Shown here: in pieces, positions 19,507-29,696 of the stretch | Layout of the letters: every line of letters starts with the position of its first letter | Position numbering within the stretch: position 1 is the stretch's first letter | Assembly: GCA_965199955.1 (NCBI GenBank) | Contig: CBDATQ010000002.1 | Span: forward strand, 352,001-416,000 | From: Spirochaetia bacterium | GTDB taxonomy: Bacteria > Spirochaetota > Spirochaetia > SZUA-6 > Bin103 | DNA length: 64,000 nt | Direction: 5' to 3' | Made by a program: the position numbers and the translations under genes | The notes under the pieces: model-generated | Seen by the model: only the letters and a program-made list of their open reading frames with translations | Database searches by the model: none | Told to the model about the DNA's origin: nothing

Positions 19507-21555
19507 TCAGTCTCCGTCCGCCTGCTTGGCGCGGGCGATCACGTCCTCGGCCACCTTGCCGGAAATCGGCGAGTAGTGACTGAAGGTCATCTCGAAGGAC
19601 GCGGTGCCGGAGGTCATCGACTTGAGGTCGATGGAGTAGCGCAGCATCTCCGACTGCGGGACCTGCGCACGGGTCTCCTGCAGGGACCCTGTCGGCTCCT
19701 GTCCCAGCACCCGTCCACGCCGTGAGCTCAGGTCGGAGAGAATGTCACCCAGGTACTGGTCGTCGCTCAACACGACCAGGTCGACAATCGGCTCCAGCAG
19801 CACGGGCTTGGCCTGTGCCAGGGCCGCCTTGGTCGCTTCCCGGGCGGCAAGCTTGAAGGCCAGCTCGGAGGAATCGACCGAATGCTCCCTGCCGTCCACC
19901 ACCTTCGCCTCCACGTCCACGACCGGGTAGCCGGCAAGGACGCCGGACTCCAGCGCCTCGAGGACGCCCTTTTCAACCCCCGGGATGTAGCCCCGTGAGA
20001 TGGCACCACCCACGATGCCGTTCTCGAAACGGAACTTCTCACCTCGTGGCAGCGGCTTGATCTCCAGAGAAACTTTGGCGTACTGCCCGTGTCCGCCAGT
20101 CTGTTTCTTGTGCTGGTAATCGGCATCGGCCGGCCGGTTGATCGTCTCCCGGTACGCGACGCGAGGCAGTTCGGTCTCCACCTCGATCTTGTGGCTGTCG
20201 CGGATCCGCCCCAGGACCACGGCCAGGTGCAACTCCCCCATCGCCGCGATCACGGTTTCGCGCGTCTCCCCGTCGTAACGGACGCGGAAGGTCGGATCGG
20301 AGTCCGCCGTCCTGCCGATGATCTCCGACAGCTTGTCTTCGTCCTGCTTGGAAGCCGTTCGCAGTGAGAGCGCGTGTACCGGTTGCGGGAAGTCCGGCGG
20401 CACATAGGTGACGGTTGCCTCCGGGGCGTGCAGCGTGTCGCAGGTGGCAACATCGGTCAGCTTGTTCAGCACGCCGATGTCCCCGGCAGCCAGCTCCTGC
20501 ACGTCTTCGAGCTTATCGCCCTGGCGGGTGCTCAGCTTGTTCAGCCGAATCTTGGTGCCGGTGCGCGCGCAGATCAGGTCGGCATCGGAGCGAAGGCCGC
20601 CGGTGATGACCTTCACGAACGACAAGCGGCCGGCGTATTGGTCGACGCTGGTCTTCAGCACAAGCGCGGAGGCCGGACCGGACGGGTCGATCGTGCACGG
20701 GGTGACCTCGCCCGTGCCGTCTGCCTGCACGGTCGCGCCCGCCGGTGACGGCACCGTGCGCACGATCGCGTCCAGAAGCGGCGTGACTCCCACGTCGTGC
20801 AGCGCGGAACCGGCGAGCACCGGAAATACCTGACCGGCGGCGACCGCCGCCGTCAGGCCACGAGTGATCTCCTCGTCGGTCAGCACCTCGTCCTCGAGGT
20901 ACTTCTCCATCAGGGCGTCGTCGCCTTCCGCCGCGGCTTCCATCAGTTCCAGCCGCCGCTCCTCTACCGAATCGCTCAACGCGTCCGGCACCGGAGCGTC
21001 GCCGTTGCCCGAGCGCAACAGCGCGCGCTGGCCGACGGCGTCCACGACGCCCTCGAACGCGTTCCCTGCCCCGATCGGGACGCTCAGCGGTGCGAACACC
21101 CCGCCGAACGATTGGCCCAGGTTCTCGAGCACGGCGTCGAAGTCGGCATGCTCCTTGTCCATGCCGTTGACGAAGACGATGCGTGGCGTCCCGTCCCGCT
21201 CGAGACGGCGCCACAGCTTTGCCGTTTCGATCTGCACGCCGACGTCTGCGCCGACCACGACGACCGCGCACTCGGCGGCGCCGAGCGCCGCCACCACCTC
21301 GCCGATGAAGTCGCCGGAACCCGGCGAGTCGACCAGGTTGACTTTCCGGCCGTCCCAGTCGATGTGGGAGAAGGCGCTGTAGATCGAGATCTGGCGGGCG
21401 ATCTCTTCCTCCGTGCAGTCACTGACGGACTTGGCGGGGTCGAACTTGGGAACCACGCCGCCGTGGACGAGTATCTGTTCCATCAGCGTGGTCTTTCCCG
21501 TGCCGCTGTGGCCTACCAGGGCGACATTGCGAATTCGGTCTGTAGGGACGCTCAT
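19507..21555 (-). CDS. Elongation factor G-like protein (divergent EF-G paralogue)
   Basis: GHSGTGKTT, EEIARQISI, DSPGSGDF, NGMD, MGELHL, KKQTGGHGQYA, HSVDSSELAF, LLEP; SD GGAG. Confidence 0.93.
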   Translation of the reverse strand: MSVPTDRIRNVALVGHSGTGKTTLMEQILVHGGVVPKFDPAKSVSDCTEEEIARQISIYSAFSHIDWDGRKVNLVDSPGSGDFIGEVVAALGAAECAVVVVGADVGVQIETAKLWRRLERDGTPRIVFVNGMDKEHADFDAVLENLGQSFGGVFAPLSVPIGAGNAFEGVVDAVGQRALLRSGNGDAPVPDALSDSVEERRLELMEAAAEGDDALMEKYLEDEVLTDEEITRGLTAAVAAGQVFPVLAGSALHDVGVTPLLDAIVRTVPSPAGATVQADGTGEVTPCTIDPSGPASALVLKTSVDQYAGRLSFVKVITGGLRSDADLICARTGTKIRLNKLSTRQGDKLEDVQELAAGDIGVLNKLTDVATCDTLHAPEATVTYVPPDFPQPVHALSLRTASKQDEDKLSEIIGRTADSDPTFRVRYDGETRETVIAAMGELHLAVVLGRIRDSHKIEVETELPRVAYRETINRPADADYQHKKQTGGHGQYAKVSLEIKPLPRGEKFRFENGIVGGAISRGYIPGVEKGVLEALESGVLAGYPVVDVEAKVVDGREHSVDSSELAFKLAAREATKAALAQAKPVLLEPIVDLVVLSDDQYLGDILSDLSSRRGRVLGQEPTGSLQETRAQVPQSEMLRYSIDLKSMTSGTASFEMTFSHYSPISGKVAEDVIARAKQADGD

Positions 21556-21589
21556 AACGGTGATGCTCCGGGCTGGACTCTGAACGGCG

Positions 21590-21618
21590 ACGCTATGCAG
21601 GCGGTATTGCGCTGTCAA
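21590..21618 (-). promoter_or_regulatory. sigma70 promoter of the EF-G-like gene
   Basis: TTGACA-17-TAGCGT on the minus strand. Confidence 0.7.
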
Positions 21619-21660
21619 GCGGCGTGCGCGCGGCGCGGTGAGCGGCGGGCCCGCGAGGTC

Positions 21661-23721
21661 TCAATTCCCGCGCGCCGGCGCGTAGCGGGCGAATGCCATC
21701 GTGTAGGCGGCGCGGCCCTGGGTCGCGCCGCGCAGATCGGTGGTGTACCCGAACATGGCCCCCAGCGGTACCTTGGCGCTGACCCGTTCCGCGGCGTGGC
21801 CGGACTCCACCGTGTCGATGGCCCCGCCGCGCATCTGCAGACCGCCGAGCACCTCGCCGACGAACTCCTTCGGGGTGGTGACGTCCACGCTCATCACCGG
21901 CTCCAACAGGATCGGCGCCGCCTTCCGGCAGCAGCTCACGAAGCCGCTCGCCGCCGCGGCTTCGAATGCGAACTCGCTGGCGCGTTCCTGGTCGTATGCA
22001 CAGTCGGCCAGCTCGACGGCGACATCGACCAGGGGGTACCCGAATCCCGGGCCGGATGAGAAGCCTGCCTCGATGCCGCGTGAGATCGCCGCGCACAGCG
22101 CCTCCGGAAGGCCCGCGGCAGCCGGGACCGGCCCGGGATCGAAGGTGCACTCGCCGCCCCGGCTGCGTGGCGAGACGCGCAGGCTCAAAGCCGCGTAGTG
22201 GGCACGGCCGCCGATCTCGCGTTCGAACTCTTCGCGGTGCTCGACCGCAGCGGAGACCGACTCCCGGAAGGAGACCTGTGGCTTGCCGACCCTTGCGTCG
22301 ATGCCGGTGCGCTCCGCGATCTGCCGCATCAGCACCTCGAGATGCAGCTCGCCCATGCCGGAGACAAGGAGCTGGCCGGTCTCATCGTTCTCCTCCACCG
22401 CGAACGTCGGGTCTTCGAGCCGTAGCGCCTCCAGCGAGTCGAGCAGCGCGGCGGCGTCGGATGCGGAGTGCGGCTCCACGGCCACCGATACAACCGGCAG
22501 CGGGAAGCGCATGCGTTCCAAGAGCCCGGTTGGCTGTGCGGCGCCTCCTGCCTGGCTGCCGCGCTGCTTGCTGGTCACCGTGTCGCCGGTGCGGGCGAAT
22601 TTCAGTCCCACCGCCACGGCAATTTCGCCGGCGCTCACCGCATCGATCTGTTCGCGCCTGTTGGCGTGCATGCGCAGCAGGCGCTGAATGCGTTCGGTGC
22701 GGCCTTGGCTGAGGTTCAGGAGCCGGTCGCCGCGGCGGAAGGTCCCCGAGTAGACGCGGAGATAGCTCAAGGGCCCGGACTCGCGGTCGTTCTGCAGTTT
22801 GAAGGCGAGCGCGAGCGGCTGCCCCTTCGCCGACCGGGCGAGCAGCGGCTGGTCGGCGGCACTCCCGTCCCGGTCTAGGAGTTGGAGAGCGGGGAGCTCG
22901 TCCGGTGCCGGCAGATACCAGACGATCGCATCCAGCAACGGCTGGATACCGATGTTGCGCCGCGCCGCTCCGGCGAGCACGGGAACGATCCGGCCCGAGG
23001 CCACCGCCGCGCGGACCGCCTCTCGCAGCAGTGGGACCGGCAGCTCGCGGCCCTCCAGGTAGCGCTCGGCGATCTCGTCCGACCCGTCGGCGAGCGCGTC
23101 GACGAGCAGGTCGCGGCGCGGCCCCACCCCCGGGTCCGCGGGATCGGCCGCGCGGCGCTGCATCGTGGTACCGTCGTCGCTCCAGGAGATCCGCTCCATC
23201 GTGATCAGGTCGACGATCCCGCGCAGCTCGCGGTCTTCGCCCCACGGCACCTGCAGCGCGACCGGCTCGGCGGAGAGCAGACTGCGCATCTGCTGCAGTA
23301 CCCCATCGAACGATGCGCCGGCGCGGTCCAGCTTGTTGACGAAGGCGATGCGGGCGACCGAATGGCGATCCGCCTGGTGCCACACCGTCTCCGACTGCGG
23401 CTCGACCCCTTCCACGGCGGAGAAGATCGCCACCGCGCCGTCGAGCACGCGCAGCGAACGCTCCACCTCGGCGGTGAAGTCGACGTGTCCGGGGGTGTCG
23501 ATGAGGTTGATCTGATGGTCGGCCCAGAAACAGGTGATGGCCGCCGAGGTGATGCTGATGCCGCGTTCCTGCTCCTGCGGCATCCAGTCCGTGGTCGCCT
23601 CGCCGTCGTCGACCTCGCCGATGCGGTGGGTGCGCCCCGTGAAGAAGAGCATCCGCTCCGTGGTCGTGGTCTTGCCGGCATCGATGTGCGAGATGATTCC
23701 TACGTTGCGGATAGGCGGCAT
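21661..23721 (-). CDS. fusA: Elongation factor G paralogue (spirochaete EF-G2-like, divergent domain IV)
   Basis: SHIDAGKTT, QERGISI, DTPGHVDF, NKLD, GMGELHL, ILLEP; domain IV loop EREIGGRAHYA. Confidence 0.9.
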   Translation of the reverse strand: MPPIRNVGIISHIDAGKTTTTERMLFFTGRTHRIGEVDDGEATTDWMPQEQERGISITSAAITCFWADHQINLIDTPGHVDFTAEVERSLRVLDGAVAIFSAVEGVEPQSETVWHQADRHSVARIAFVNKLDRAGASFDGVLQQMRSLLSAEPVALQVPWGEDRELRGIVDLITMERISWSDDGTTMQRRAADPADPGVGPRRDLLVDALADGSDEIAERYLEGRELPVPLLREAVRAAVASGRIVPVLAGAARRNIGIQPLLDAIVWYLPAPDELPALQLLDRDGSAADQPLLARSAKGQPLALAFKLQNDRESGPLSYLRVYSGTFRRGDRLLNLSQGRTERIQRLLRMHANRREQIDAVSAGEIAVAVGLKFARTGDTVTSKQRGSQAGGAAQPTGLLERMRFPLPVVSVAVEPHSASDAAALLDSLEALRLEDPTFAVEENDETGQLLVSGMGELHLEVLMRQIAERTGIDARVGKPQVSFRESVSAAVEHREEFEREIGGRAHYAALSLRVSPRSRGGECTFDPGPVPAAAGLPEALCAAISRGIEAGFSSGPGFGYPLVDVAVELADCAYDQERASEFAFEAAAASGFVSCCRKAAPILLEPVMSVDVTTPKEFVGEVLGGLQMRGGAIDTVESGHAAERVSAKVPLGAMFGYTTDLRGATQGRAAYTMAFARYAPARGN

Positions 23722-23794
23722 GGCGTTCCCCGTGGCGGTCTCCTCGACCCCACGGCATGGTACGACAAAGCCGGCAGGCCCGTAGCGGTTCGCT

Positions 23795-24544
23795 TCAGCT
23801 CCCGAATCGTCCCAGTAGCGCGGCCATGCGGCGGCCACCGTCCCTCCCCGCCGCCCGCTCCGCCCGGAAGGAGAGCAACGCCGGCGAGCACGCCGTGCAG
23901 TCGTCGTACACGGTGACGCTGGCGACACCCGCTTGGCACAGCAGAGCGATGTTGGCCGCGCGCAGGTCGATGCGGCCCGCTCCGCCTGCCACGTCGGCCG
24001 CATCCGCCCCGAACCGCTCGCGGAAGCGGCGCGCCCGCTCCGCCGGCACGTCGTAGCAGCACGGACCGATGCCGGGACCGATGACCGCATCATAGGCGTC
24101 GGTACCGCGGCCGAAGCGGCGTTCCAGGCAGGTGAACGCATCGTCGACGATGCCGGTGCCGCGCCACCCGGAGTGCAGCAGGGCCGGAAACCGGCGGTCG
24201 CGCGGGATCAGGAAGATCGGCAGGCAGTCGGCGACGGTCACGCACAGCACGTCGTTCGGCGTTCCGGCGATCATGCCGTCGGCCGGACGCGCGGCGTCGC
24301 GGGAACCCTCGCCGGCAACCATCACGCAGCGCGTATGCCGTTGCACGACGCGGCGGATTCGCTCGGGCCTGACACCGAGCGCCTCGCAGGTCCGTCGCCA
24401 TGTGGCCGGATCGCTCATGTCGCCGGCTGCCGCGGTGGTCAGGACGGCGCGCAACGGTACCGGAGCTGCCAGGTCGACGATCGGCGCGGCCGGCTCCACG
24501 TGCTCGAGGAGCCGCCGGAAGAGCCGGGCGGCCGGCTCCTTCAG
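23795..24544 (-). CDS. pgeF: PgeF/YfiH laccase-domain family protein (start CTG 24544 or GTG 24499)
   Basis: QRHT, ADGM, VTVADCLP, HSGWRG, IGPGIGPCCYDV, CTAC, SFR. Confidence 0.88.
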   Translation of the reverse strand: MKEPAARLFRRLLEHVEPAAPIVDLAAPVPLRAVLTTAAAGDMSDPATWRRTCEALGVRPERIRRVVQRHTRCVMVAGEGSRDAARPADGMIAGTPNDVLCVTVADCLPIFLIPRDRRFPALLHSGWRGTGIVDDAFTCLERRFGRGTDAYDAVIGPGIGPCCYDVPAERARRFRERFGADAADVAGGAGRIDLRAANIALLCQAGVASVTVYDDCTACSPALLSFRAERAAGRDGGRRMAALLGRFGS

Positions 24545-25146
24545 CTCGTGCGAACCAGTCGCCAGGCTGCCGGCATCAGCAGGGCGGCGATGGCCAGCTT
24601 TACGAGATCGCCGACGATGAAGGGCGTGAGACCCCACTGCAGGATCGGGTTGTCCCAGCCGGCGACGCTCCCGAGCCACAGCAGCCCCGGGACGTAGATG
24701 ACGACGTTGCCGATCAGCATGGCCGCCGCGGCCAGCGGAACGCTGCGGTCCCACCCCGCCTCGGCCAGCAGGCCGATCACCAGCGTTGCCAGCAGGAAGC
24801 CGAGCAGGTAGCCGCCGGTGGTGCCGACCATGTAGGCCAGCCCGATTCCCTTCTCCGGAGTGCCGGCGAACACCGGCAATCCCACGGCTCCCTCCACCAG
24901 ATAGAGAAGCACGGTGAGTCCGCCTAGACGCCAGCCCGCCGCCATGCCGATGACCAGGATCACCAGGGTCTGCAGGGTCATTGGTACCGGCACCATGGGG
25001 ACCTTGATCTTCGACGAGACCGCGATCAACAAGCTCCCGACCAGCGCCAGAAACAGGTTGGCGGCCCACGTGCCCGAACCGGAGGCGCTCCCGGCCGGCG
25101 GCCACAGGCGATCGATCAGGGTGTGTGGATGTGACCGTTCGACCAT
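24541..25146 (-). CDS. bioY: Biotin transporter BioY
   Basis: VPMTLQT, YLVEGAVGLPVFAG, GTTGGYLLGF, PFIVGDLVK. Confidence 0.94.
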   Translation of the reverse strand: MVERSHPHTLIDRLWPPAGSASGSGTWAANLFLALVGSLLIAVSSKIKVPMVPVPMTLQTLVILVIGMAAGWRLGGLTVLLYLVEGAVGLPVFAGTPEKGIGLAYMVGTTGGYLLGFLLATLVIGLLAEAGWDRSVPLAAAAMLIGNVVIYVPGLLWLGSVAGWDNPILQWGLTPFIVGDLVKLAIAALLMPAAWRLVRTS

Positions 25147-25153
25147 CGCCGGG

Positions 25154-25183
25154 AGTCTATGGGGCGGCCGGAGCACCGTGCAA
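25154..25183 (-). promoter_or_regulatory. bioY promoter, leaderless geometry
   Basis: TTGCAC-18-TAGACT-7 nt-ATG. Confidence 0.7.
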
Positions 25184-25216
25184 GCGGTGTCCCGGCCCGC
25201 CACCACGGCGGGCCGT

Positions 25217-25245
25217 TTGACGCGGTCGCGGGGCGCCCCTACTGT
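25217..25245 (+). promoter_or_regulatory. gltX operon promoter
   Basis: TTGACG-17-TACTGT. Confidence 0.7.
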
Positions 25246-25267
25246 GCCCGTTCACCGGAAACAGAAG

Positions 25268-26713
25268 ATGTCACTTCGCGTTCGTTACGCCCCGTCGCCG
25301 ACCGGGCTGCACCACATCGGCGGGGCGCGCACCGCCCTGTTCGCCTACCTGCTGGCGCGTTCGTCCGGCGGGACCTTCATCCTGCGTATCGAGGACACCG
25401 ATCGCGCCCGGTTCGATCCGGCCGCGCTGGAGGACATCTACGACACCCTCGGCTGGCTGGGATTGCGCTGGGACGAGGGACCGAAGGTGGGCGGCCCGCA
25501 TGGCCCGTACGTGCAGTCGGAGCGGGTCGAGCGCCACCGGGCGGTGGCCGAACGGCTGGTGGATACCGGCCGTGCCTATCGCTGCTACTGCGATCCCGCA
25601 CGCCTGGCGCGGGTGCGCGAGGCCGGCAGCGGGTACGACCGCCGCTGCCGCAACCTGTCCGCGGCCGAACGCCGGCACCACGAAGATCGGGGGACACCCT
25701 CGGTCGTGCGGTTCAAGGTGCCGCTGGACGGCGCAACGCGCTACGAGGATGACCTGCTTGGCTCCATCGAGCGCCGCAACAGCGACATCAATCCCGATCC
25801 CGTGCTACTGAAGTCCGACGGCTACCCCACGTACCACCTGGCAGCCATCACCGACGATCACGACATGCGCGTCAGCCACATCTTGCGTGCCCAGGAATGG
25901 GTCTCCTCGGCGCCGCTGCACGTGCTGATCTTCCGGGCATGCGGGTGGGAGCCGCCGCGGTACGCCCACCTGCCGGTCGTCAACGGACCGGACGGAAAGA
26001 AGCTGAGCAAGCGCCACGGGGCGATGAGCGTCGCCGAATTCCGCGACCAGGGCTACCTGCCGGAGGCGCTGGTCAACTACATGGCCCTGCTCGGATGGTC
26101 ACTGGACGGGGAGCGCGAGCTGTTCACCCTGCGGGAGCTGGAACAGGCCTTCAGCCTGGAGCGGCTGCACGCCTCCCCCGCGGTGTTCGACGCCGACAAG
26201 CTGCGCTGGATGAACGGCAACTACATCCGAGCCCTGCCGCCGGAAGAACTGGCCGGGCGGCTTGCGCCGTGGCTCGCCACGTCGGGCGCGGCCGACGCGG
26301 AGCGGGTGGCGCGGCCGGTCGCCGAGCTGGTCCGTGAGCGCCTGACCGTGCTCGGCGACACGATACCTGTGGCGGGGTTTCTGTTCGCCACGAAGCTGGA
26401 ATACGATGGCGGCGCGCTCGTGCCGAAACGGCTGGACGGGGCGCGGACGGCGCGGGTGATCGAGCGGGCGCTCGACTTGGTCGACGCGGCATGCGGCCCG
26501 GATGAAGCCCCAGCCGAACAGGCGTTCCGCACCGCTGCCGATGAGCTCGGCGTCAAGTTCGGCGACCTGATGATGCCGGTGCGGGTGGCGATCACCGGCG
26601 CGCGGGTGTCGCCGCCGTTGTTCGGCAGCATGCGGATTCTGGGTGCGGAGAGCTGCCGGAACCGGCTGCGCGCCGCCCTGGTCAAGCTGGACGAACAAAC
26701 GCCCGACGCGTAA
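25268..26713 (+). CDS. gltX: Glutamate-tRNA ligase
   Basis: RYAPSPTG, HIGG, LRIEDTD, YRCYC, KLSKRHG. Confidence 0.97.
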   Translation: MSLRVRYAPSPTGLHHIGGARTALFAYLLARSSGGTFILRIEDTDRARFDPAALEDIYDTLGWLGLRWDEGPKVGGPHGPYVQSERVERHRAVAERLVDTGRAYRCYCDPARLARVREAGSGYDRRCRNLSAAERRHHEDRGTPSVVRFKVPLDGATRYEDDLLGSIERRNSDINPDPVLLKSDGYPTYHLAAITDDHDMRVSHILRAQEWVSSAPLHVLIFRACGWEPPRYAHLPVVNGPDGKKLSKRHGAMSVAEFRDQGYLPEALVNYMALLGWSLDGERELFTLRELEQAFSLERLHASPAVFDADKLRWMNGNYIRALPPEELAGRLAPWLATSGAADAERVARPVAELVRERLTVLGDTIPVAGFLFATKLEYDGGALVPKRLDGARTARVIERALDLVDAACGPDEAPAEQAFRTAADELGVKFGDLMMPVRVAITGARVSPPLFGSMRILGAESCRNRLRAALVKLDEQTPDA

Positions 26714-26724
26714 CGGGAAGGAAC

Positions 26725-28086
26725 ATGACGCGCACGACACTCGATCGACCTGGACTGGATCAACTGGTATCGCTCTGCAAGCGGCGGGGGTTCGTCTACC
26801 CGTCGAGCGACATTTACGGCGGCCTTGCCTCCGCGTGGGACTACGGACCGCTCGGCGTGCAGCTCAAGAACAACCTGCGCGACCGCTGGTGGCGGACCAT
26901 GACGCGTGGCGAGCTGCCGGTCGTCGGCCTGGACGCGGCCATCCTCATGCACCCGCGCGTGTGGGAGGCCTCCGGTCACACCAGCGCCTTCAACGATCCG
27001 CTGGTGGACTGCCGCAACTGCAAGGCGCGGTTCCGCGCCGACCACCTTGAGGACCCGGCCGGCCGCTGCCCGCAGTGCGGGAAGGCGGAGCTGACCGAGG
27101 CGCGCCAGTTCAACATGATGATGCGCACCACGCTGGGTCCGGTGGAGGACGGCGGTGCCAACGTCTACCTGCGCCCGGAGACCGCGCAGGGCGCCTACGT
27201 CAACTTCAAGAACGTGGTGCAGTCCGGGCGCGTCAAGGTGCCGTTCGGGATCGCCCAGGTCGGCAAGGCGTTCCGCAACGAGATCACGACCAAGAGCTTC
27301 ATCTTCCGCACATGCGAGTTCGAGCAGATGGAGATGCAGTTCTTCGTGCATCCGAATGAGGACGAGCGCTGGTTCGAGCACTGGCGGGAAGCGCGCTTCC
27401 GCTACTACACCGACCTGGGCATCGAGCCGTCCCGGCTGCGGCTGCGGCCGCACGGGCCGGACGAGATCGCCCATTACGCGAAGGTCGCCGTGGACATCGA
27501 ATACGACTTCCCGATGGGGTGGCAGGAGCTGGAGGGGATCCACAATCGCACCGACTTCGACCTGCGCCGGCACTCCGAGCTGTCGGGCAAGGACCTGACC
27601 TACCTCGACGACGGCAGCTCCGGGGGCACGCAGGGTGAGCGGCTCGTCCCGTATGTGATCGAGACCGCGGTGGGGCTGACCCGCACCGTGCTGGCGGTGC
27701 TGGCCGACGCCTACGACGAGGACGAGGTGGAAGGGGAGAAGCGTACGGTGATGCGCTTTCACCCGGCGATCGCTCCGATCACGGTGGCGGTGTTCCCGCT
27801 GCTCAAGAAGGACGGGCTGGCCGAGCTGGCCCGCGAGGTGGCCGCCGACCTGCGGGCCGACCATGATACCTTCTACGACCAGGGCGGCGCCATCGGCCGG
27901 CGCTACCGCCGCCAGGACGAGATCGGCACGCCGTACTGCGTCACGGTCGACCACCAGAGCAGGGACGACGGAACGGTGACCGTGCGGCTGCGCGACTCGA
28001 TGAAACAGGTCCGCGTCCATCGCGACGCGCTGCGGGGGCAGCTCGCCGAGCTGACGGCCGGCTACTCCCGCGCGGACGGCTCCTGA
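26725..28086 (+). CDS. glyQS: Glycine-tRNA ligase (homodimeric type)
   Basis: KRRGF, DYGPLG, YLRPETAQG, GKAFRNEI, EFEQME, PYVIE, RRQDEIGTP. Confidence 0.97.
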   Translation: MTRTTLDRPGLDQLVSLCKRRGFVYPSSDIYGGLASAWDYGPLGVQLKNNLRDRWWRTMTRGELPVVGLDAAILMHPRVWEASGHTSAFNDPLVDCRNCKARFRADHLEDPAGRCPQCGKAELTEARQFNMMMRTTLGPVEDGGANVYLRPETAQGAYVNFKNVVQSGRVKVPFGIAQVGKAFRNEITTKSFIFRTCEFEQMEMQFFVHPNEDERWFEHWREARFRYYTDLGIEPSRLRLRPHGPDEIAHYAKVAVDIEYDFPMGWQELEGIHNRTDFDLRRHSELSGKDLTYLDDGSSGGTQGERLVPYVIETAVGLTRTVLAVLADAYDEDEVEGEKRTVMRFHPAIAPITVAVFPLLKKDGLAELAREVAADLRADHDTFYDQGGAIGRRYRRQDEIGTPYCVTVDHQSRDDGTVTVRLRDSMKQVRVHRDALRGQLAELTAGYSRADGS

Positions 28087-29315
28087 TGGACGTGCTGACC
28101 ACCCTGACCCGGCGCGGGCTGATCAAGCAGACCACGGATGCAGCGGCGCTTTCCAAGGTGCTGGAGCGCGATCGCGTCACGTTCTACCTCGGCATCGACC
28201 CCACCGGGCCCAGCCTGCACGCCGGCCACTTGGTCGGTCTGCTTGCCATGGCGCATTTGCAGCGCGCCGGACACCAGCCGGTGCTGCTGATCGGCGGCGC
28301 CACCGCCCGCGTGGGCGATCCGTCGGACAAGGACGACATGCGGCCGCTGCTGCCGGTGGAGACCGTCGTTCGCAACGCCGAGCTGATGCAGCGGCAGGTG
28401 GGCCGCATCATCGACCTCGGCCAGACCACCGTGGTCGACAACGCCACCTGGCTCGCCGAGCTTGGCTACCTGGACTTCCTGCGCGAGATCGGCCCCCGCT
28501 TCTCCGTGAACCGGATGCTCGGCTTCGAGACCTACCGCCGCCGCCTGGAGACCGGCCTCTCCTTCCTGGAATTCAACTATCTGCTGCTGCAGGCGTACGA
28601 CTTCCTGGAGCTGCACCGCCGCCACGGATGCCTGCTGCAGATCGGCGGCGATGATCAATGGGCGAACATCCTGGCCGGCGTCGACCTGATCCGGCGCGTG
28701 GAGCGGGTCGAGGCGCACGCCCTGACCTGGCCGCTGGTTACGACCGCGGACGGCAAGAAGATGGGCAAGACGGCCGCGGGCGCGCTGTTCCTGGACCCGG
28801 AGCTGGTTACGCCGTACCAGTTCTACCAGTACTGGATCAACGTCCCGGACGCCGACGTCGGTACGCTGCTAGCGCTGCTGACGCTGCTGCCGGACGCCGA
28901 GGTGGAGGAGCTTGGCGGCCTGCGCGACCGTGCTGTGCTTGCGGCCAAGGAGCGGCTGGCGATGGAGCTGACCACCCTCGTGCACGGCGCCAAGGAGGCC
29001 GAGCGCACCCGCCAGGCCAGCCGGGCGCTGTTCGCCGGCAGCGGAAGCGACAGCGGCGCCATCCCGAGCTCGCCGCTGGACGCGGCGGAGATGGTGTCCG
29101 GCGTCACGCTGGTCGAGTTGCTGGTGCGGGGCGGACTCGTGTCCAGCCGTTCCGACGCCCGTCGGCTGATCTCGCAAGGGGGCGCCTACCTTGACGGGCG
29201 GCAGTGGACGGACATGGACCGGCCGGTCGCGGCGGCGGACGTCTCGGACGGGCAACTCGTCGTGCGCGCCGGCAAGAAGCGGCACCATCGATTCGTGATC
29301 GGGAGTGGTTCCTGA
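28086..29315 (+). CDS. tyrS: Tyrosine-tRNA ligase
   Basis: YLGIDPTGPSLHAGH, LQAYDF, QIGGDDQWAN, KMGKT, S4-like C-terminal domain. Confidence 0.97.
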   Translation: MDVLTTLTRRGLIKQTTDAAALSKVLERDRVTFYLGIDPTGPSLHAGHLVGLLAMAHLQRAGHQPVLLIGGATARVGDPSDKDDMRPLLPVETVVRNAELMQRQVGRIIDLGQTTVVDNATWLAELGYLDFLREIGPRFSVNRMLGFETYRRRLETGLSFLEFNYLLLQAYDFLELHRRHGCLLQIGGDDQWANILAGVDLIRRVERVEAHALTWPLVTTADGKKMGKTAAGALFLDPELVTPYQFYQYWINVPDADVGTLLALLTLLPDAEVEELGGLRDRAVLAAKERLAMELTTLVHGAKEAERTRQASRALFAGSGSDSGAIPSSPLDAAEMVSGVTLVELLVRGGLVSSRSDARRLISQGGAYLDGRQWTDMDRPVAAADVSDGQLVVRAGKKRHHRFVIGSGS

Positions 29316-29358
29316 AGGCCCTGGGCCGCCGTCCCGGCATCTTCCAGGCCGGCAAGTC

Positions 29359-29388
29359 TTGACGATCGCTTCGCCGCACTGGTAGCTT
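29359..29388 (+). promoter_or_regulatory. rpsT promoter, leaderless geometry
   Basis: TTGACG-18-TAGCTT-8 nt-ATG. Confidence 0.72.
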
Positions 29389-29396
29389 GGCTGGCG

Positions 29397-29666
29397 ATGC
29401 CCGCGAAACTCTCCGCTGCCAAGCGCCAGCGTCAGAACAGCGCGCGCCGGTTGCGCAACCGCACCGTGCGCAGCCGCATGCGTACCGCGATTCGATCTTT
29501 CGTCGATTCCCTGGACGGGGACCGGTCCGAAGCCGTCGAGCGGCTTGGCCATGCCGTGCGCGCCGTGGACAAGGCCGCCTCGAAGGGCGTGGTGCACCGG
29601 CGCACGGCCGCGCGTTACAAGCGCCGCTTGGCCGGGCGCCTGCGGCGGCGGTTCGCGGCGACCTAA
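29397..29666 (+). CDS. rpsT: 30S ribosomal protein S20
   Basis: SAAKRQRQ, RNRTVRSRMRT, DKAASKGVVHRRTAAR. Confidence 0.95.
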   Translation: MPAKLSAAKRQRQNSARRLRNRTVRSRMRTAIRSFVDSLDGDRSEAVERLGHAVRAVDKAASKGVVHRRTAARYKRRLAGRLRRRFAAT

Positions 29667-29696
29667 GCGACGTGCCGGGCCACAAGGAGCGATCTG

